Shown one piece after another: positions 41,801-55,102 of a stretch of DNA of 64,000 bases. The position numbers and the translations under genes were made by a program. Location of the stretch: the NCBI GenBank assembly GCA_012295275.1, contig CM022673.1, positions 16,430,001-16,494,000 on the forward strand, given 5' to 3'. Origin of the DNA: Chrysomallon squamiferum. Taxonomy: Eukaryota > Animalia > Mollusca. Every line of letters starts with the position of its first letter. Position 1 is the stretch's first letter. The notes below the pieces were generated by a model. It did not search any database, was not told the origin of the DNA, and saw only the letters and a list, made by a program, of their open reading frames with translations.

Positions 41801-44800
41801 ATTAAAGCACTGTTAAATTTTTCATTTATTCTTTTCAAGTTAGTGTACACAGCGATATAATTCTTTCAGTGAAAAACATAATGTTATTTAGAAAAAGAGA
41901 AAAAAAAGAAGATAATAATGTTTAAAAATAAACAACAACAATAATCATAATCATAACCCAAAACCTTTTAATTAATATCATTTTTCAGAGACTTGGATGC
42001 ACGTGTAAATTATGAAGTTTTTGATCAGAGTCGAGGGATTCCTGTTGTTACTGTCAACAGCAATGGTCACTTGGTTACTGGTCCAATCCCTGGTAATGCT
42101 TTTGTCCATATCACTGCCCAGGAGGACTTTGGCATTAACCAAACTATGGTGGTGCTTGTGAAGGTATCAGTATTAATGTTTTTGTTCAATCAGTTGGAAC
42201 ATGAATTTAAAAAATGATTCAAGAAAAAAATATATTTTAGAAGCAGTATAGCGTGATTTTTTTCCCTGGTTAATTTATTTTTGGAGATAGATGGAACTTG
42301 CTTCTTATTGTTAAATTCATTCAGCAAACAAGGATTAATCTAATGTGTTACTCTCTTCATGATGTTTTATAACTGCATAATTGTTTTTTTAAATAATGCA
42401 AATATATTATCCATACTATTATTTGACATTACTGTTGTGTTGAGTACTATCACATTGTAAAGCATTATATGAATAATGGTGTTAGTAATTAAAAAAAATA
42501 TCTTTTGCTTCAGGTAAAAACAATATCATACATTATGCTCAATGCTGACACAGCACTGCGAACACTGGCCAGAACACTTAATCATATCCCCGTGGGAACC
42601 ACTCTGCGCTTCTCTGTTAGTTACCATGATGATGTGGGAGAATCATTTTACACCACAAATATCAATTTGCATGTCCGATGCAGCAGGTATTATTTTCAAA
42701 AATGACTACACTAAAATAAATAAGTTAGTAACAAAGTAGTTGTCTTTGTTTTTGATTCTCATTAACTTCACAGCAGCTTTAAATGTTTGAATTAAACCTT
42801 ATAGAAGTTGTATGTAAATATATTAATGTAGACAATACCTTTAAAAGTGTTATATGCAGTCAGTACATTTTGGCATAAACCTCATTCCAATGTATCTTTG
42901 ATTAACTACAGTTTGTACATTTTTATTATATATTCTTTAATATTCATTTAGTAGAGAATTACAAAGTCTATTTTATTTAGATGAGGAGTAGATCTAATAA
43001 ATATCCTGCTGATAGAAAATTTGTTATTTATAGGGAAAAAATGTTGGCTAATGTCAAATAATTGTTTAAATTTCAGATATGATTTACTTCATGTTTCTAA
43101 GGGAATTGATAACAGTTCTTTGATTGTTAGGACCATTGAACCTGGTCAAACCATTCTGAAGGTTAGTATTTATACAACAGTCACCTTTTGATGACTGAGC
43201 AAATAGTTATAACAAGAAAGAAATTTATTGTTCTATTGGGTGACTAATATATCGGAGAATTAATATTCTGTATTTGCTTCTATAGATATTCAGATGGAAT
43301 TATGTTTCTAATTTATATGTTGGCTTTACATGTATCTCTATACTGAGTTACATCAGTGTGCAAAATGTTAAATACTAATAAAGTCTGTAAGTACATTACA
43401 TTTTCACCAGTTTGGTACAATGCTTGGGTATCATCTGTTTATATCAGTTCAAAATTTTGCTCTTGCTTGGCAGTGCACAAGTAAGTAATGAGGTTACAAA
43501 CTGTATAAATATTTTTCAAGCTTCTAGAAAATTAAAAACATTGATTTCCATGTGACTGATAAAATCTAAGTTGAAAGAGATTGTTTGTATCAATCAGGTT
43601 TGGGATAAGCAGAGTCCTTGGATTTCCGATTATGTGAACATACCTGTCAGTTCTGCTGTGTTTCCTCTGACCTCTCAATTCACACTGGGCTGTGTGGTCT
43701 GTTTTCACACACCACTGGTCTCTGAGACAGGTGAGTCCTCCTTTTGTTGCCTAAATACTACTACAACAATTTCTTATATTTTGTTTTCACAGTCATATAA
43801 TGAGAAAATAATAGATTAAAACAGACTTGTAAATTCAGTAACTTGTGTTTAGCATCAAATATGTGGAAATGTTTTGTTTTTTAAAATAAATTTTCATTGT
43901 TATTATCTGCAGGTTATTCTGGTTCCTGGAAGTCAAGAAGCCCAGTTATTAACATCAATTCAAACAGTGGTATAGCTACTGCAGAAAAACTTGGTAAAAC
44001 CACCATTGTGTATAATCTGTCCTCGGACATTACTACATACAAAGAGGTAAGATTTAGTCTTAGACTTCTATACTTATTCTATTATAGTTTGAAAAAGAAT
44101 TTTTATGTGAGAAGGAGTAAATTAATGAAAAAGTTTATTTCATAGAAGAAAGGTGTTCAGTTTTCTTTTGTTTTTTATGTTGTTATTTTATTTAAATAAT
44201 AATAATGTTGTTATTTTTTATTATGTCCTTATTTCAGGTGACTGTCCGACCTATTTCAAAAATTGCTCTTGAGTGTCCTGTCAGATATTTGACCAATGTT
44301 CTTGGAGGCAGCAATACTGTCAACTTTCCAGTGACCTTTGACACCTCACGGAATATAGCTGGTAATATTAAAATAAACAAATAAATATAAAAATATAAAA
44401 ATATGTATGTTAATTTCTAAATTTGTAAGCTATTATTAATATAAAATGTAGTTCTCTTAAATGTTTTAGTCAACAAAATCTTCAAAATAATTAAATATTT
44501 ATGCCATTATTGGAGAAAAAAAAAGAATGAAAAAAAAAGAAGAAAAAAAAGAAGGATTGTAATATATATGGCTAAATATATTTCAGATAAATGTTATATT
44601 ATTAATTGATTGGTGTCCAAAGCAGAATGCCTGAAGCTAAAGTTTGTGTTCTGTGTTTGGAATGAAAGTTTTCAAATAGTAGGTCTTATTGGGCTATTGA
44701 GCACAAACACTGATTCTGTATTGCATATATTAAATATTTATTGTTTCCAGGTGATAACTGCAGTGCTATTGTAAAACAGAAGCAGTACACACCAGATATT

Positions 44801-47476
44801 ATTCCCTACATCTGCCGCCTTGAGTTTGTTGGTCAAGATTTACCAGATGTTAGTGCCCAGGATGTTTTCCACATTTTTGCTGTTTTTGATACAGATAGAG
44901 GTAAGAATTTTTTACATTATATATTAAATTATTATTCTCTTGGTGTAAAATAATTAATAAATGAAATCATGTATTAATCTAAAAGAAAATTTTGAATCAT
45001 ATTTGTGGATTTTTAGGTTTTTTTGAACAATTTAAAATAACTAATGGATCTACATTAATTTAAAAATGAAAACAGTTAAAAAAATAAACAAAAAATCCCC
45101 TTTATATTTGAAGATTTTAAAAATCCTTTAGAAATACAAAAGAAAGGTGTGCATTAATTTAAAAATAAAAAAATATATATTTTGAATTTAAAAAACAAAA
45201 TGGTGACAGTGTATTGTGTACATTATTACTGACAAATTTGTTAATCTATTTTTCACTACAGCTGAATATGTGTGTCGTGTTTCACAAGTCATCAAGAAAC
45301 AGAATCTCAAAATCAGCACTTTGAACACACAAGTTCGTCTACAAGCAGCAGTGATAGCTAGGGGAGATCAGAAGGAGGTGATGTCTAATACAGTAACTGT
45401 TGACTTCTACCCAGCTTTCTACGTTCACAATGAGGACGTCAAACTAACAACTATCTCTCCTCTTTCTTCCATAAGAGTATCAACTCTCTCTGCACTGGCA
45501 GAAAACATTGAGGTTGGTGAAAAATAACTCACAAAATTTTGTTTTCAAAACTGTAATGAATTTAAATTAAAAACTGAATGGGTGTTTGTTAGAAATAAAG
45601 ATGTCTCAATATCAAAAATATATTTGTTTAAGCTTTGGACTACTAGGTTCTGGATTTTTATCCTGGTCCTGGCTAATTGATATAAAACTGCTGTACATGT
45701 ACAATTTGAGCAAATATCAGTTCTGATAATTATCTCCATTAGACAGATATGGTTGAACCTTCAGTTAGAATAAACACATTTGAATGGTTGACTGAAAATA
45801 TCTTATAATGCACAGCATATTTTCTAATAAAGAAGTAAACACTAAAATATTGGAAGAGAGATACAGTGAGAAAAAGCATAGAGAGTGACTGGAGAAAGGG
45901 TGAGAGAACATCAGGAAAAAAAATATATATATATATATATATATATGTGGATATATATCAGTAGTATTTAATTATATGTATTAATTAGGTCACAGTTAGT
46001 GATCCATCAATATTACAAGCTCTGAGTCCAGAACAAGAGAGCCAATCAGGGACAGTTATATTATATCCAGTCAGATTGCTGGAATCATGGTCACTATGGG
46101 AACGTGAAAACCTTGACCTTTGGGTTGAACTTACAGGAATACTGACTGGTCAGAAAGTGAAGGTTCCAGTGTATGTTAAACTGATCGGTGAAAAACCAAC
46201 TTACGAGTGTAAGTAGTGTTTTCTTAATAACCTAATAACAATAATAACAACACTGTTATGTTCAAATAAATAAATAGTAATAATAAAGTTGAAATAAAAA
46301 TAAATCTGAAATATCTGGAAACTGATAATTAGTAAAATTAACTTGGTTAAAGTATTTTCAATTTTAGATTATTTATTAAATCTTTATGTATGTGTTATAC
46401 ATTTTTTAATTTAACTCATATACATGGACATGTGTATATATATAAATAAGTAAAAAACAAAAATTTGTATTTCAGTTCAGAATCAGAAGATACGTGAGAT
46501 CAGTTGGGGATTTCTCATTCGCAATTTTCTCTTCAGCTACCAATCTTGGTTTGCTACTCTCATAATTGTCCTCGTAACAGCAGCAGCTGTTCTTTTTGGT
46601 AATTTCTTTTCTTTCCCTTAAAATGTATCAAATTAATCCACTTAAATTGAATATTATATATCTTAAGCAAATAAATTTTAATTCATTTTATTAAGTTTCA
46701 AAAATGAATGCCCTGTTATCTTGTTTTTAAATTCCTTTTTGTTTTGTGTCTAGCAATTAACCATAATATATAATGAAGTAAAAAAAAAATTCTTATTTAT
46801 GGACGTTTCTGCCACATTTACAGTTCTGATGTTTTATAATTAATTGATCTTGTTTTCAGGTTACCATTTTATTTTGAAATCACGATTCCAGCCAGTGACA
46901 GGGTCTTTCTTGGCAAATAATCAAATTGTTCAATCGAGTCCTACCAGTTATTTACAAACACCAGGTATTTTACAAATAGGTTTTTTTAACATCCTTGAAA
47001 ATAATATTTGGGGTTCTAGATTAAAAACAATTGTTGGTAATATATTTTTTAATTTTGATTGTAACCAATAATTTTGTTTGTGAACTAAATTTTATTTTTT
47101 ATTTTTAATAAATCATAGTAGCAAATTAGAACAAAAAATTCAAATATTTGTATTTTTATTCAATTCTGATTATTTCTGAGAGAAAAAAAGCAGTCAGAAT
47201 TGATCCTTCTTGACTTGGTATATGGACTATTTCCAGTTCCAGTCCGAGCCTCCTACCTGGTGTATTTAAGACATTACTATGTGCTTTTCTGTCAGATTTC
47301 ATATTACAAAATGTCTCAGTATAAATATTTTTTAAATATTTTAAAAATTTATTTCAGGTTCTCCGCCCTTTTTACTTCAGCGGACACCATCACCATCACC
47401 CCAGCTGTGGTCCGTCAGCTACAACCAGCAGGACTTTTCACCTCGCCGCAAGTCACCATATTATAAGAACTGTTGA
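25790..47476 (+). CDS. Nup210: Nuclear pore membrane glycoprotein 210 (gp210), 44 exons, ~1901 aa
   Basis: Exons: 25790-25980, 26238-26374, 27039-27170, 27326-27425, 27793-27943, 28157-28418, 29055-29123, 29548-29654, 29754-29894, 30471-30611, 31002-31154, 31521-31626, 31956-32039, 32335-32480, 32834-32945, 33198-33257, 33528-33574, 34127-34200, 34509-34608, 35316-35508, 35738-35844, 36106-36210, 36553-36654, 37169-37297, 38075-38202, 38427-38565, 39000-39062, 39928-40107, 40391-40471, 40752-40883, 41229-41378, 41682-41773, 41989-42163, 42514-42686, 43077-43161, 43598-43730, 43913-44046, 44238-44361, 44751-44900, 45262-45512, 45989-46208, 46476-46598, 46860-46964, 47358-47476 (5706 nt, divisible by 3). 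The protein has a signal peptide, then KLNAPKVLLPY...CYKWRSTRPEVA, GGPQPQS and ETPFSFGSAVPPLSFTWS, a TM helix (WFATLIIVLVTAAAVLFG) and the tail SPSPQLWS. An alternative in-frame ATG lies at 25766. Confidence 0.96.
28419..29054 (+). other. U12-type (minor spliceosome) GT-AG intron of Nup210
   Basis: 5' end GTATCCTTG. Branch-site-like TTTTCCTTCAT at 29034-29044, with the A about 11 nt from the AG. No polypyrimidine tract (AAAAAAG|). Splicing restores the frame KDK-N-ILVTEFFRQPSAMLHVVSPGYLG. Confidence 0.9.
28791..28828. repeat. (AAT)n microsatellite
   Basis: Uninterrupted AAT run inside the U12 intron. Confidence 0.9.
33021..33200 (+). repeat. 3 x 62-bp tandem repeat ending at a Nup210 splice acceptor
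   Basis: TTG[CT]A[TA]TTAG[AG]AT[CA]A[CA]CAAAATAT at 33021, 33083 and 33145. TTTTCATTTTTAGTG occurs at both the decoy AG (33134-35) and the true AG (33196-97). Confidence 0.8.
41113..41238 (+). repeat. 4-copy ~25-36 bp tandem repeat of a Nup210 acceptor plus exon start
   Basis: TTGTTATTTCAGAGTGGAGT / TTGTTATTTCATGGTGGAAT / TTGTTATTTCATGGTGGACT / TTGTATTTTTTAGAGTGGAGT. Confidence 0.85.
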
Positions 47477-49105
47477 ATTATTTTTTTAACATTATATTTC
47501 AAATAGGCTTTAAAAAAAATAAATGATTACATGTATCAGGAGAGTTTCATAGATGAAATTTTTCTAAAGAAGATGAATAATATCATGAGAATTGCTGAAT
47601 GATTTATTAGTGAAACAATGAATTTTTTAACAATGAATTTTATGACAAAAAAAAAAAAAAAAAGGCCAAAGAATAAATAAAAAAAAAAAAAAAAAAATCA
47701 CTTTCATGCAACGCATAATTTTTACAAAGCTGTACATCATTTTGTTTTCAGTGTTTTCAATCTTCTGGCTACTTGTAGTTTGCTGATGTTTATTCATACT
47801 GTTTATCATACAGGAAATATTTAAGATTTTTAAAATATGATCTGTTAAAAAAAAAAAAACCTGTCAATGAATAAAAAAAAAAAAAAAAAAAATATAATAA
47901 TAAAATTTAAAAAATTTAAAAAAGAAGAAATGAACTTCTTTTGTACTGGGTATACTTTTTATGAAGCTATTCATCAGTTTTGTTTTCACTGTAGTACAAT
48001 TATATTTACTCATACTTTTTATAATACAGGACATTTGTTTTTTTTTGTGATGTTGATGATTTTCCTTTCATTGACAATCAGTTACCTGTATTTTTAGAAG
48101 TGACTATAATATTTACCTTCATTACCTTGAACAATATCAGCATTATACTGTTTTATTTTTTTTTAGAAGAAAAGTAACTGATGTGAGAATGAATGCTAAA
48201 AGTTGTGATCACTCATGTTATCCACAATTTTTTTGAATTTAGTGTTGTGATGATTAACCTTTATTATTATAATAATCTATTTTTATTTTATTGTTGTCCT
48301 TTTTTTCTGAAATTTATTCGTTCATTCATTCCATCATGCAAATTAAAATCAACTGAAACTGTTGAATGTTAAAACAGTTTGTATGTGTTAATAAATTAAC
48401 AGTCCTATCACAAATAACTGTGATTTTAAGAATCTGAAAATGTGCCATTTGTATACCATGAATTTTTACACATCTTTACATTAGTAATCTTTTAATTGTC
48501 AGTGAATGGTTGCACAATCCTTAATTTTCAAATAAAAAGCTATTTGGCCAAGTTGATTTTAATCACAACTATTCATCAATTTGAAATACTCATTCATAAT
48601 AACAATACTACCAGTGATGGAGGTCTTCAAGAAGACGAATTAATTGGCCTCTAAATTGTTACCAAAAACCCTGTTTAGAAAATGTTTTCCTATTTCATCT
48701 TCAGTCACATCCATATCATTTCCTTTCTTTAACTGGCATTCATAATTTTAATTTCATTTAACATGCCTTTGTTTCAACTGTATTTTCATCATGTCAGTGT
48801 TTAGTTCTGTCATATTTGTTTCATTTATTTATTGTCTAATAATTGTTTTTGTCTTTCATATGCATTCATTCTGATTACTGATTTAATAACAGATATATGT
48901 GAATTTATTTACCTCAGAATTTGTTTGCTTTATGTATTATAGTAAAATGTACTGGTGTTTAATCTTCCAGATGACCAGAATTATTCAAACCAACATAAAT
49001 TTTAGTTATTCCTCTTCAAGATCTCACATAAATGTACATATATAGGAGGTTTAGGTTACAGGAATATATACAATACATATATAATCTATATCTATATCTA
49101 TACAC

Positions 49106-49148
<43 letters not shown>

Positions 49149-50294
49149 AAATTTACTGTGTATTACCTGTTTTAGGCTTTCTTTTTTTTTTTTTACTCTT
49201 TCTTGGTGCTCTTCAATATCTCACATAATAATTTTTAATTAACATTTGTCTCAACTTTCTCAACTTTAGAAAGTAACTAAAATATTTTAATCAGTTTAGT
49301 TAATGTCATTTAATTTCTCAAAAGCAAATATCAGAATTCAGATATCCAAAATGACAGTTCTGTCACATTTGAATTCTGCAAAAGATATGATTTAAAATAC
49401 TAGCAATATTAATATTTAAAATTATCATGTTTAGAAATGGTCTGTAATACTTATGTGTGGAATGAAAATATAATATGCATTTTGATATGAAAAATAAAAA
49501 TGTGAGTTTTGTACTGTTTGTGTTAGTGTTTTCTGTGTATTCGTAACTGTCTTTTTAACCTACTGTAAAAACATTAATCATCCTAACTACACCTACTGAT
49601 CAGTCTATTTTCCATTCCAGTAACCTTTCATCTTCAAAAAATAGAAGAAGACAAATGGCGGTTACTTGTGATAGGAGAGCAGCTGGTTACTTGATTACAA
49701 TAATTAAATTAAATGTTCTTTCAAAAGTTATTTTTTCCTTTTTTATTCTTATCGCCTGTAACTAAAACTAATCTGTAGCATTCGCATGCTGCATAATTTT
49801 ATAAATAAAAATTAAAAACAGTTACTAATATTAAATAGTAAAAATATCAAATGAAAATAAGAGCAAGGTTACATTCCTAAAATCAAGTGTTACCAGATAT
49901 ACAGATTTTATTGCATGCTAAAGACCGTTACAAAGGACATTTTTAGAAACTAATAAAAAGCTATGTAAATGATATCCTACTGCTTTTACTTATACATTTG
50001 TAACATTTTCTATTTAAATGATAATAATGAATAGTGATTATGCTTGTTCTGCCTGAATAATTACAAATAAGAATTGTGGTAATCATTCCATCAAGATTCA
50101 GAAAATGGAGAAGTCACTTGTTCATAACTAAGAGTTTCCTACCAGAACTTACTTCATTTTCAAATGTCTTTTAAGCAAATCATAAAAAAACTATTAACTA
50201 AAAATAGTTTTGATTTTGGGTGTTTTTTTTTTTTTAAATTATTAATATTTGCATCAATAGAAAGGCTTGTGAAAGAAAACACAATTCACAATGA

Positions 50295-53200
50295 TCACTT
50301 CATAGTCAATCTTTTTTCTTGTGACTTGGCGGCTGCTTTTTTCTTCATCATCTGAAGTCTTTTTTCTGCATTGACCACAGTTGCTGTCCCTCCAGAACCA
50401 GACTTACTTCCGGCAGAGGCCAGGACATTGCCAAAAGACAACTTAGAACTACTTGATGTCACTGATGCTTTGCTAGAACTTGATGATCCTGATGATGAAA
50501 ATTTCCCTCCACTGCTGGTAAACGCTGAAGATGATGATGATGACAACTTGCTTCCTGTGCTCACAGGCTTCACTCCTCCTCGGATTAGAGCTGAACCAAA
50601 TGCAGAACGATCTTCATTTTTAGACACAGCCAATTTAGACAAATCTGATTTCAAAGCGGAGAAAGCTTTCATTGGCTCTAGTTTCGATGTGCCATGTTTA
50701 GATGAATCTTTATTGGGTTTGGAAGTCTCATTTTTTCCAGATTCTTGTTTTAATCCTGAAGATTTAGAGGAATCAGGTTTGTTGGATTCTGATTTGGAAT
50801 GTCCGGGTCTAGAGGAGTCACTGGCTTTGCCAGAAAGATTAGCAGCAAGACTAGCCAGTCCACTGAGAGGCTTTGAACTTGACACTGAGATTATTTCTTT
50901 CGATGAACTTGTCTGCAAAAATATAAACCCAATTTTAACATTCTTACAGTTATCTTTTAAACACTTTAAAGTCTCAATTCTGATATAAAAATCTAAGGCT
51001 CTACAATAAATATAGCAAGTAATTAGAATAAATATATCTTTCTTAATTTACATTTGATCAAATGCTGTGGCATGTACCTATTGCTATATTACCCTGGGAA
51101 CAAAACTGCCACAATGAAAACAACTTTGTACAAGACAGATATACCTTGTGATCGACTCGTTTGAAAGGTTGCAAAGACGATGTTTGTTCTGTTTTAACTG
51201 TCACAGGTTTCACAAATGGAACAGTTTCTTTTGATGGTGGTGCTACTGGTGCTGTTGTCTTTGGTTTTTGAGTTTTTGTTGCCTAAAATAAAATTAAAAT
51301 ACAAAATCCTGAGAAATCAGAGAGACAATATAATTTGATTTAATATTTTTTAAAGCAGTTTTTTCTGTGAAAATGAAACCAAATTTATTAAACTGAACAA
51401 TTACTGTCACATCATATTTTATGTTTTGAAAGTTTTAAAAGATAACTCAGGTTCATATAAAAATACATTTCTCACTTTACATTCAAAAGGTAACTTTTCT
51501 TTTTTCATTGAACATACCTCCTACTTTTCTAAAATGAAAACCTTGATAAGAATATTTTGAAACCATTTACTTCTTAGATTTAATCAAATATTCAAAAATT
51601 ACCATTTTCTTCATGGTCTTGGAGCAGCGAGTGCAGTACCAGACAAAGCGAGGATCATTCACATCTTGTTCTGTCACTGGGGGTCGATGACATTCCTGAA
51701 ACAATATAAAACTTTAAAATAAACTCAAAATTCAGAAATATCATTACAGAACATAAATGAATAAATTCATCATACTTTTTTTAGCTACTTCTGTTCTCAG
51801 AAAATTTTCTCTGTTTACATTTATTGTAAATTAGTTGTGTTTTAATTACTATGTTAAAAACAAACCTGGTGATAAAGACTGTGACATTCCTGGCACTCTA
51901 CAAGCTGATTGCCTGAACTGACATCAAACTGCCTGGAAAAGTCAAAGAAAATGAACTAAAAATAACAAATTTACATGAACAGGAATAAAATTTGAAAAAT
52001 GATATATCACTTGTATGCAGTTTTAGCTGGCATACAATCAAGAATACAAGTTTTTAAATAAAAAAAAAAAAACCTAAAATAAATAAATATATAGAGGTTA
52101 AATCCTACCTGCACACAACACAGGCAATACCAAGTCCAAAAGCAAAATCATCTGCATCCATACTAGCCTCATCTTCACTTGAGTCTTCTGTCTTAACTTC
52201 CTTCACTTTAGCATGCTCTTTACTTTTCTCTGTATCTTTAGTTTTATCTTTCTCACTTTTCTCCAAGCTTCCTTTCTCCTTTTCCTTTCTTTCACTCTTT
52301 ATTTTGTCCTTTTCTTTTGTTTCTTTCTCCTTTTTAATTTTCTCACGGTCTTTATCTTTATCTTTTTCTCTGTCTTTCAAATGTTTAGATTCTTTATCTG
52401 GCAGAACTGGAGAATCCCGTCTTGGTTTTTTAGCTTCAAGAGTTACATCTCCTGGTTCAGGTTTCACCTAAAGTGAACGAATAGATGAATAAATGAAAAA
52501 CTGATCATACTCTTATTGATTGAAAGAGAAAAGCGTTTAACCTATGTTTTTTTATGTATCAGCCAAATATTTTAAAATGATTAAAGTTGGTGTTGTTAAG
52601 AATTTTTATCAGTATTATACATAATGCATTAAAGAATAAGCAGAAAAAAATTCCATCAATCATTCAATGTACTGATATTAAAATGTATCGTTATTTTAAG
52701 TCTTGGAGGTCCAGAATACTTTTACACTTATCTAACATCAGAAAAATTCACCAGGTGTGCCTTCACATCTTAACCACCAACACAAATTCTTTGTAAAATG
52801 CTAAAAATATTTTACCTTCTCAAGACTTCTCTTTTCTGCTTCATGCTTCTTTGGAGTTTCATCTCCAGATTTACTTGACTGCTTGGTGGAGGTAGTTTTT
52901 TCAGAATCCTGTGGGCTGGAATTCTGGCATGCAAACAATTAAAAAAATATGTATGATTTTTATGACAAGTTTTAAATAGGATTATTCTATAGAAACATAA
53001 TCTGCTGAATAAACTTAGGATATTGGAAGGACATATTTTATATCTTCTTTTTTTCTTTTAAAAAAAAAAATAAATATCTTGATTGCTAATGTTTTGTTAA
53101 TGATTATTAATACTTATCAATGTTTTTTTAATTTGTCTGTAAACTTGTACATATTTATTTTATGTACTTATGACAATTTGAATAAACATCCTAATATCTA

Positions 53201-53390
53201 AGGTTTTATTATTTTCTTATTTATTAAATACATGTAATTATGCAGAAAAACCGACAGAAACCTTTAGTCCTTTTCTTTGAGCAATAGCATCTGACAACAT
53301 ATTATACAACTGACTTGTTGAATCCTTGTGATTAGAATGGAGCAGACGGAGTGCTTTGACAAAAACTGGATCGAGATCCAGGGATGCCAT
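50295..53390 (-). CDS. INTS12: Integrator complex subunit 12 (PHD finger), 7 coding exons, ~503 aa
   Basis: Exons 53390-53262, 52923-52816, 52467-52109, 51932-51866, 51695-51603, 51282-51145, 50912-50295. N-terminus [28 protein letters not shown] finger [61 protein letters not shown]. Ser-rich tail ending [20 protein letters not shown]. Confidence 0.96.
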
Positions 53391-54272
53391 TTTGAAATAT
53401 CTTTTAAAAGAAAAAAGTATGAGCTGAAAAAAACAAAATTATAAATAAATAAATAAAATAAAAAATAATTTAAAAAATTAAAATAGTAAGCTCAGTATAT
53501 TCATATCAATTTGGTAATGTGTGAAACATAACAGTCTAAAGAAATTATCTAAAAAGAAACAAAACATAATAATAAAAATAATTATTTTTGGCCATAAATT
53601 GCAAACAAAAAGCTATTTTTACAAAATTATTCAGGTGCAATATACAAAGTTTATAATCCCTGACAGTCAAAACTATTAGTAGTTTTGTTTTAAAATAATT
53701 ATGATACATTTTTGTTCTTATTTTCAATTTATTAAATTGTTTTAAAAGTATTTCTCCATCATCATTTATCTTAATTTATGATCCGTAAATAAACCTCATT
53801 TTGAGAGGTCTACAAAACATCAACATTCGACGACAGCATGTAGTCTAATCTTTTTTTTAAATGCAAACATATTGTTATATTTTCTTTAACAACATTATTA
53901 TCTCTGCCAAATTATCAAGGCGGGAAGCGATATTGCGCTAAAACTGCGGTAAACATCAACCTCAAGATACTTACTAGTAATCAAATATAATTTACAATAT
54001 TTCACTATCAACTTGTTATAGACTGTTCCCCTGCTGTATTACCCTTTCTTTCGTAACTATTTAAGAAATTGAGTGAGGCAAAGTCCATCGTCTGTGTAAC
54101 AAATTAGTTTATAATCATAAGTCATTAAATGTAATAAATGGATTATAGACCAACATTGTTTTATTCTCAAGATTGTTACTAAATTTTCTGGAGCTTGTTT
54201 GAATTTTTGTTTGTTGCCTTTACTGTTTATTTACTTAGTATTTATATACCTCACATTATATATTAAATAATA

Positions 54273-54274
<2 letters not shown>

Positions 54275-54327
<53 letters not shown>
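54275..54327. repeat. (TAA)n microsatellite
   Basis: Long TAA run followed by (AAAG)n. Confidence 0.9.
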
Positions 54328-54331
<4 letters not shown>

Positions 54332-54489
54332 GAAAGAAAGAAAGAAAATAAGTTAAACAAAATTCATCGCTTTCTGTATAAATATGTCCTTAAGCAAACA
54401 TTGTTGATAACTAGAGTGGTTCAGTATCGGCAAGCACATTTAGATTATGGCATAACATTTGCTTAATCCGTATCTTGTTGCTCCCTGCC

Positions 54490-54749
54490 CAGTGGCGTGC
54501 AGAGGTCTGGTAATACCCGTGGGCAACTGGTTGATTGTATGTCCCAAAGACTCAAGTATAAGGCCTAGCACTGAGAAATATAAGAAAGGAAGATATTTTG
54601 AATATATAAACACAGATGAAACATAAATTAACACTTTATTCGATTTAAATTTAAATCAACCACTTTATTAAATTCTTTTCTCTGATTGGATGCTCCCCCA
54701 TTTGGATGCCCCTGGCCACCGCCCCTTCGCCCCCCTCTGCACGCCACTG
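54490..54749. mobile_element. 260-bp non-autonomous hAT-type MITE
   Basis: Perfect 16-bp TIRs CAGTGGCGTGCAGAGG (54490-54505) and CCTCTGCACGCCACTG (54734-54749). Flanked by the 8-bp near-direct repeat TCCCTGCC (54482-54489) / TCCCTGAC (54750-54757). An 8-bp TSD with CAG termini is characteristic of hAT elements. Confidence 0.9.
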
Positions 54750-55038
54750 TCCCTGACCGGTCCGAAAATTAACGATTTTGTAAAAATATAACAGAATTAA
54801 TTTTATATAATATAGAATAATTCTCGTATAATAGTAATAATTTTAATTCGGTTTTAATCTTAGATCAGATAATAACAATTATAAATATGGTGACGCAATA
54901 AAAATAAGAAACACAAAAACAACAACAACAACAACGCATTCAAAATAATTAAATAAATAAATAAGTCCAAAATTCGTCTAGAAGTTCTTTGCATTTATTA
55001 AAAAAAAAAAAAATATAAATAAAAATAATAAATAAATA

Positions 55039-55093
<55 letters not shown>

Positions 55094-55102
55094 GTAATAA
55101 TA
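55039..55102. repeat. (TAA)n microsatellite
   Basis: Long TAA run upstream of AVL9. It explains the poly-Ile and poly-Leu spurious ORFs at 54949-55245. Confidence 0.9.

Noticed and set aside
47200-47275. GC-richer exon-like patch in the last Nup210 intron (TTCCAG|TTCCAGTCCGAGCCTCCTACCTG|GTGTAT)
   Set aside because: I found no acceptor/donor pair giving the required phase 1-1 without a stop. Exons 43 and 44 join in frame without it. It loosely resembles the end of exon 43 but too weakly to call.
50371-50988. 205-aa plus-strand ORF antisense to the last INTS12 exon
   Set aside because: It is a shadow ORF of the Ser/Lys-rich INTS12 exon, with a non-ATG start and no recognisable domain.
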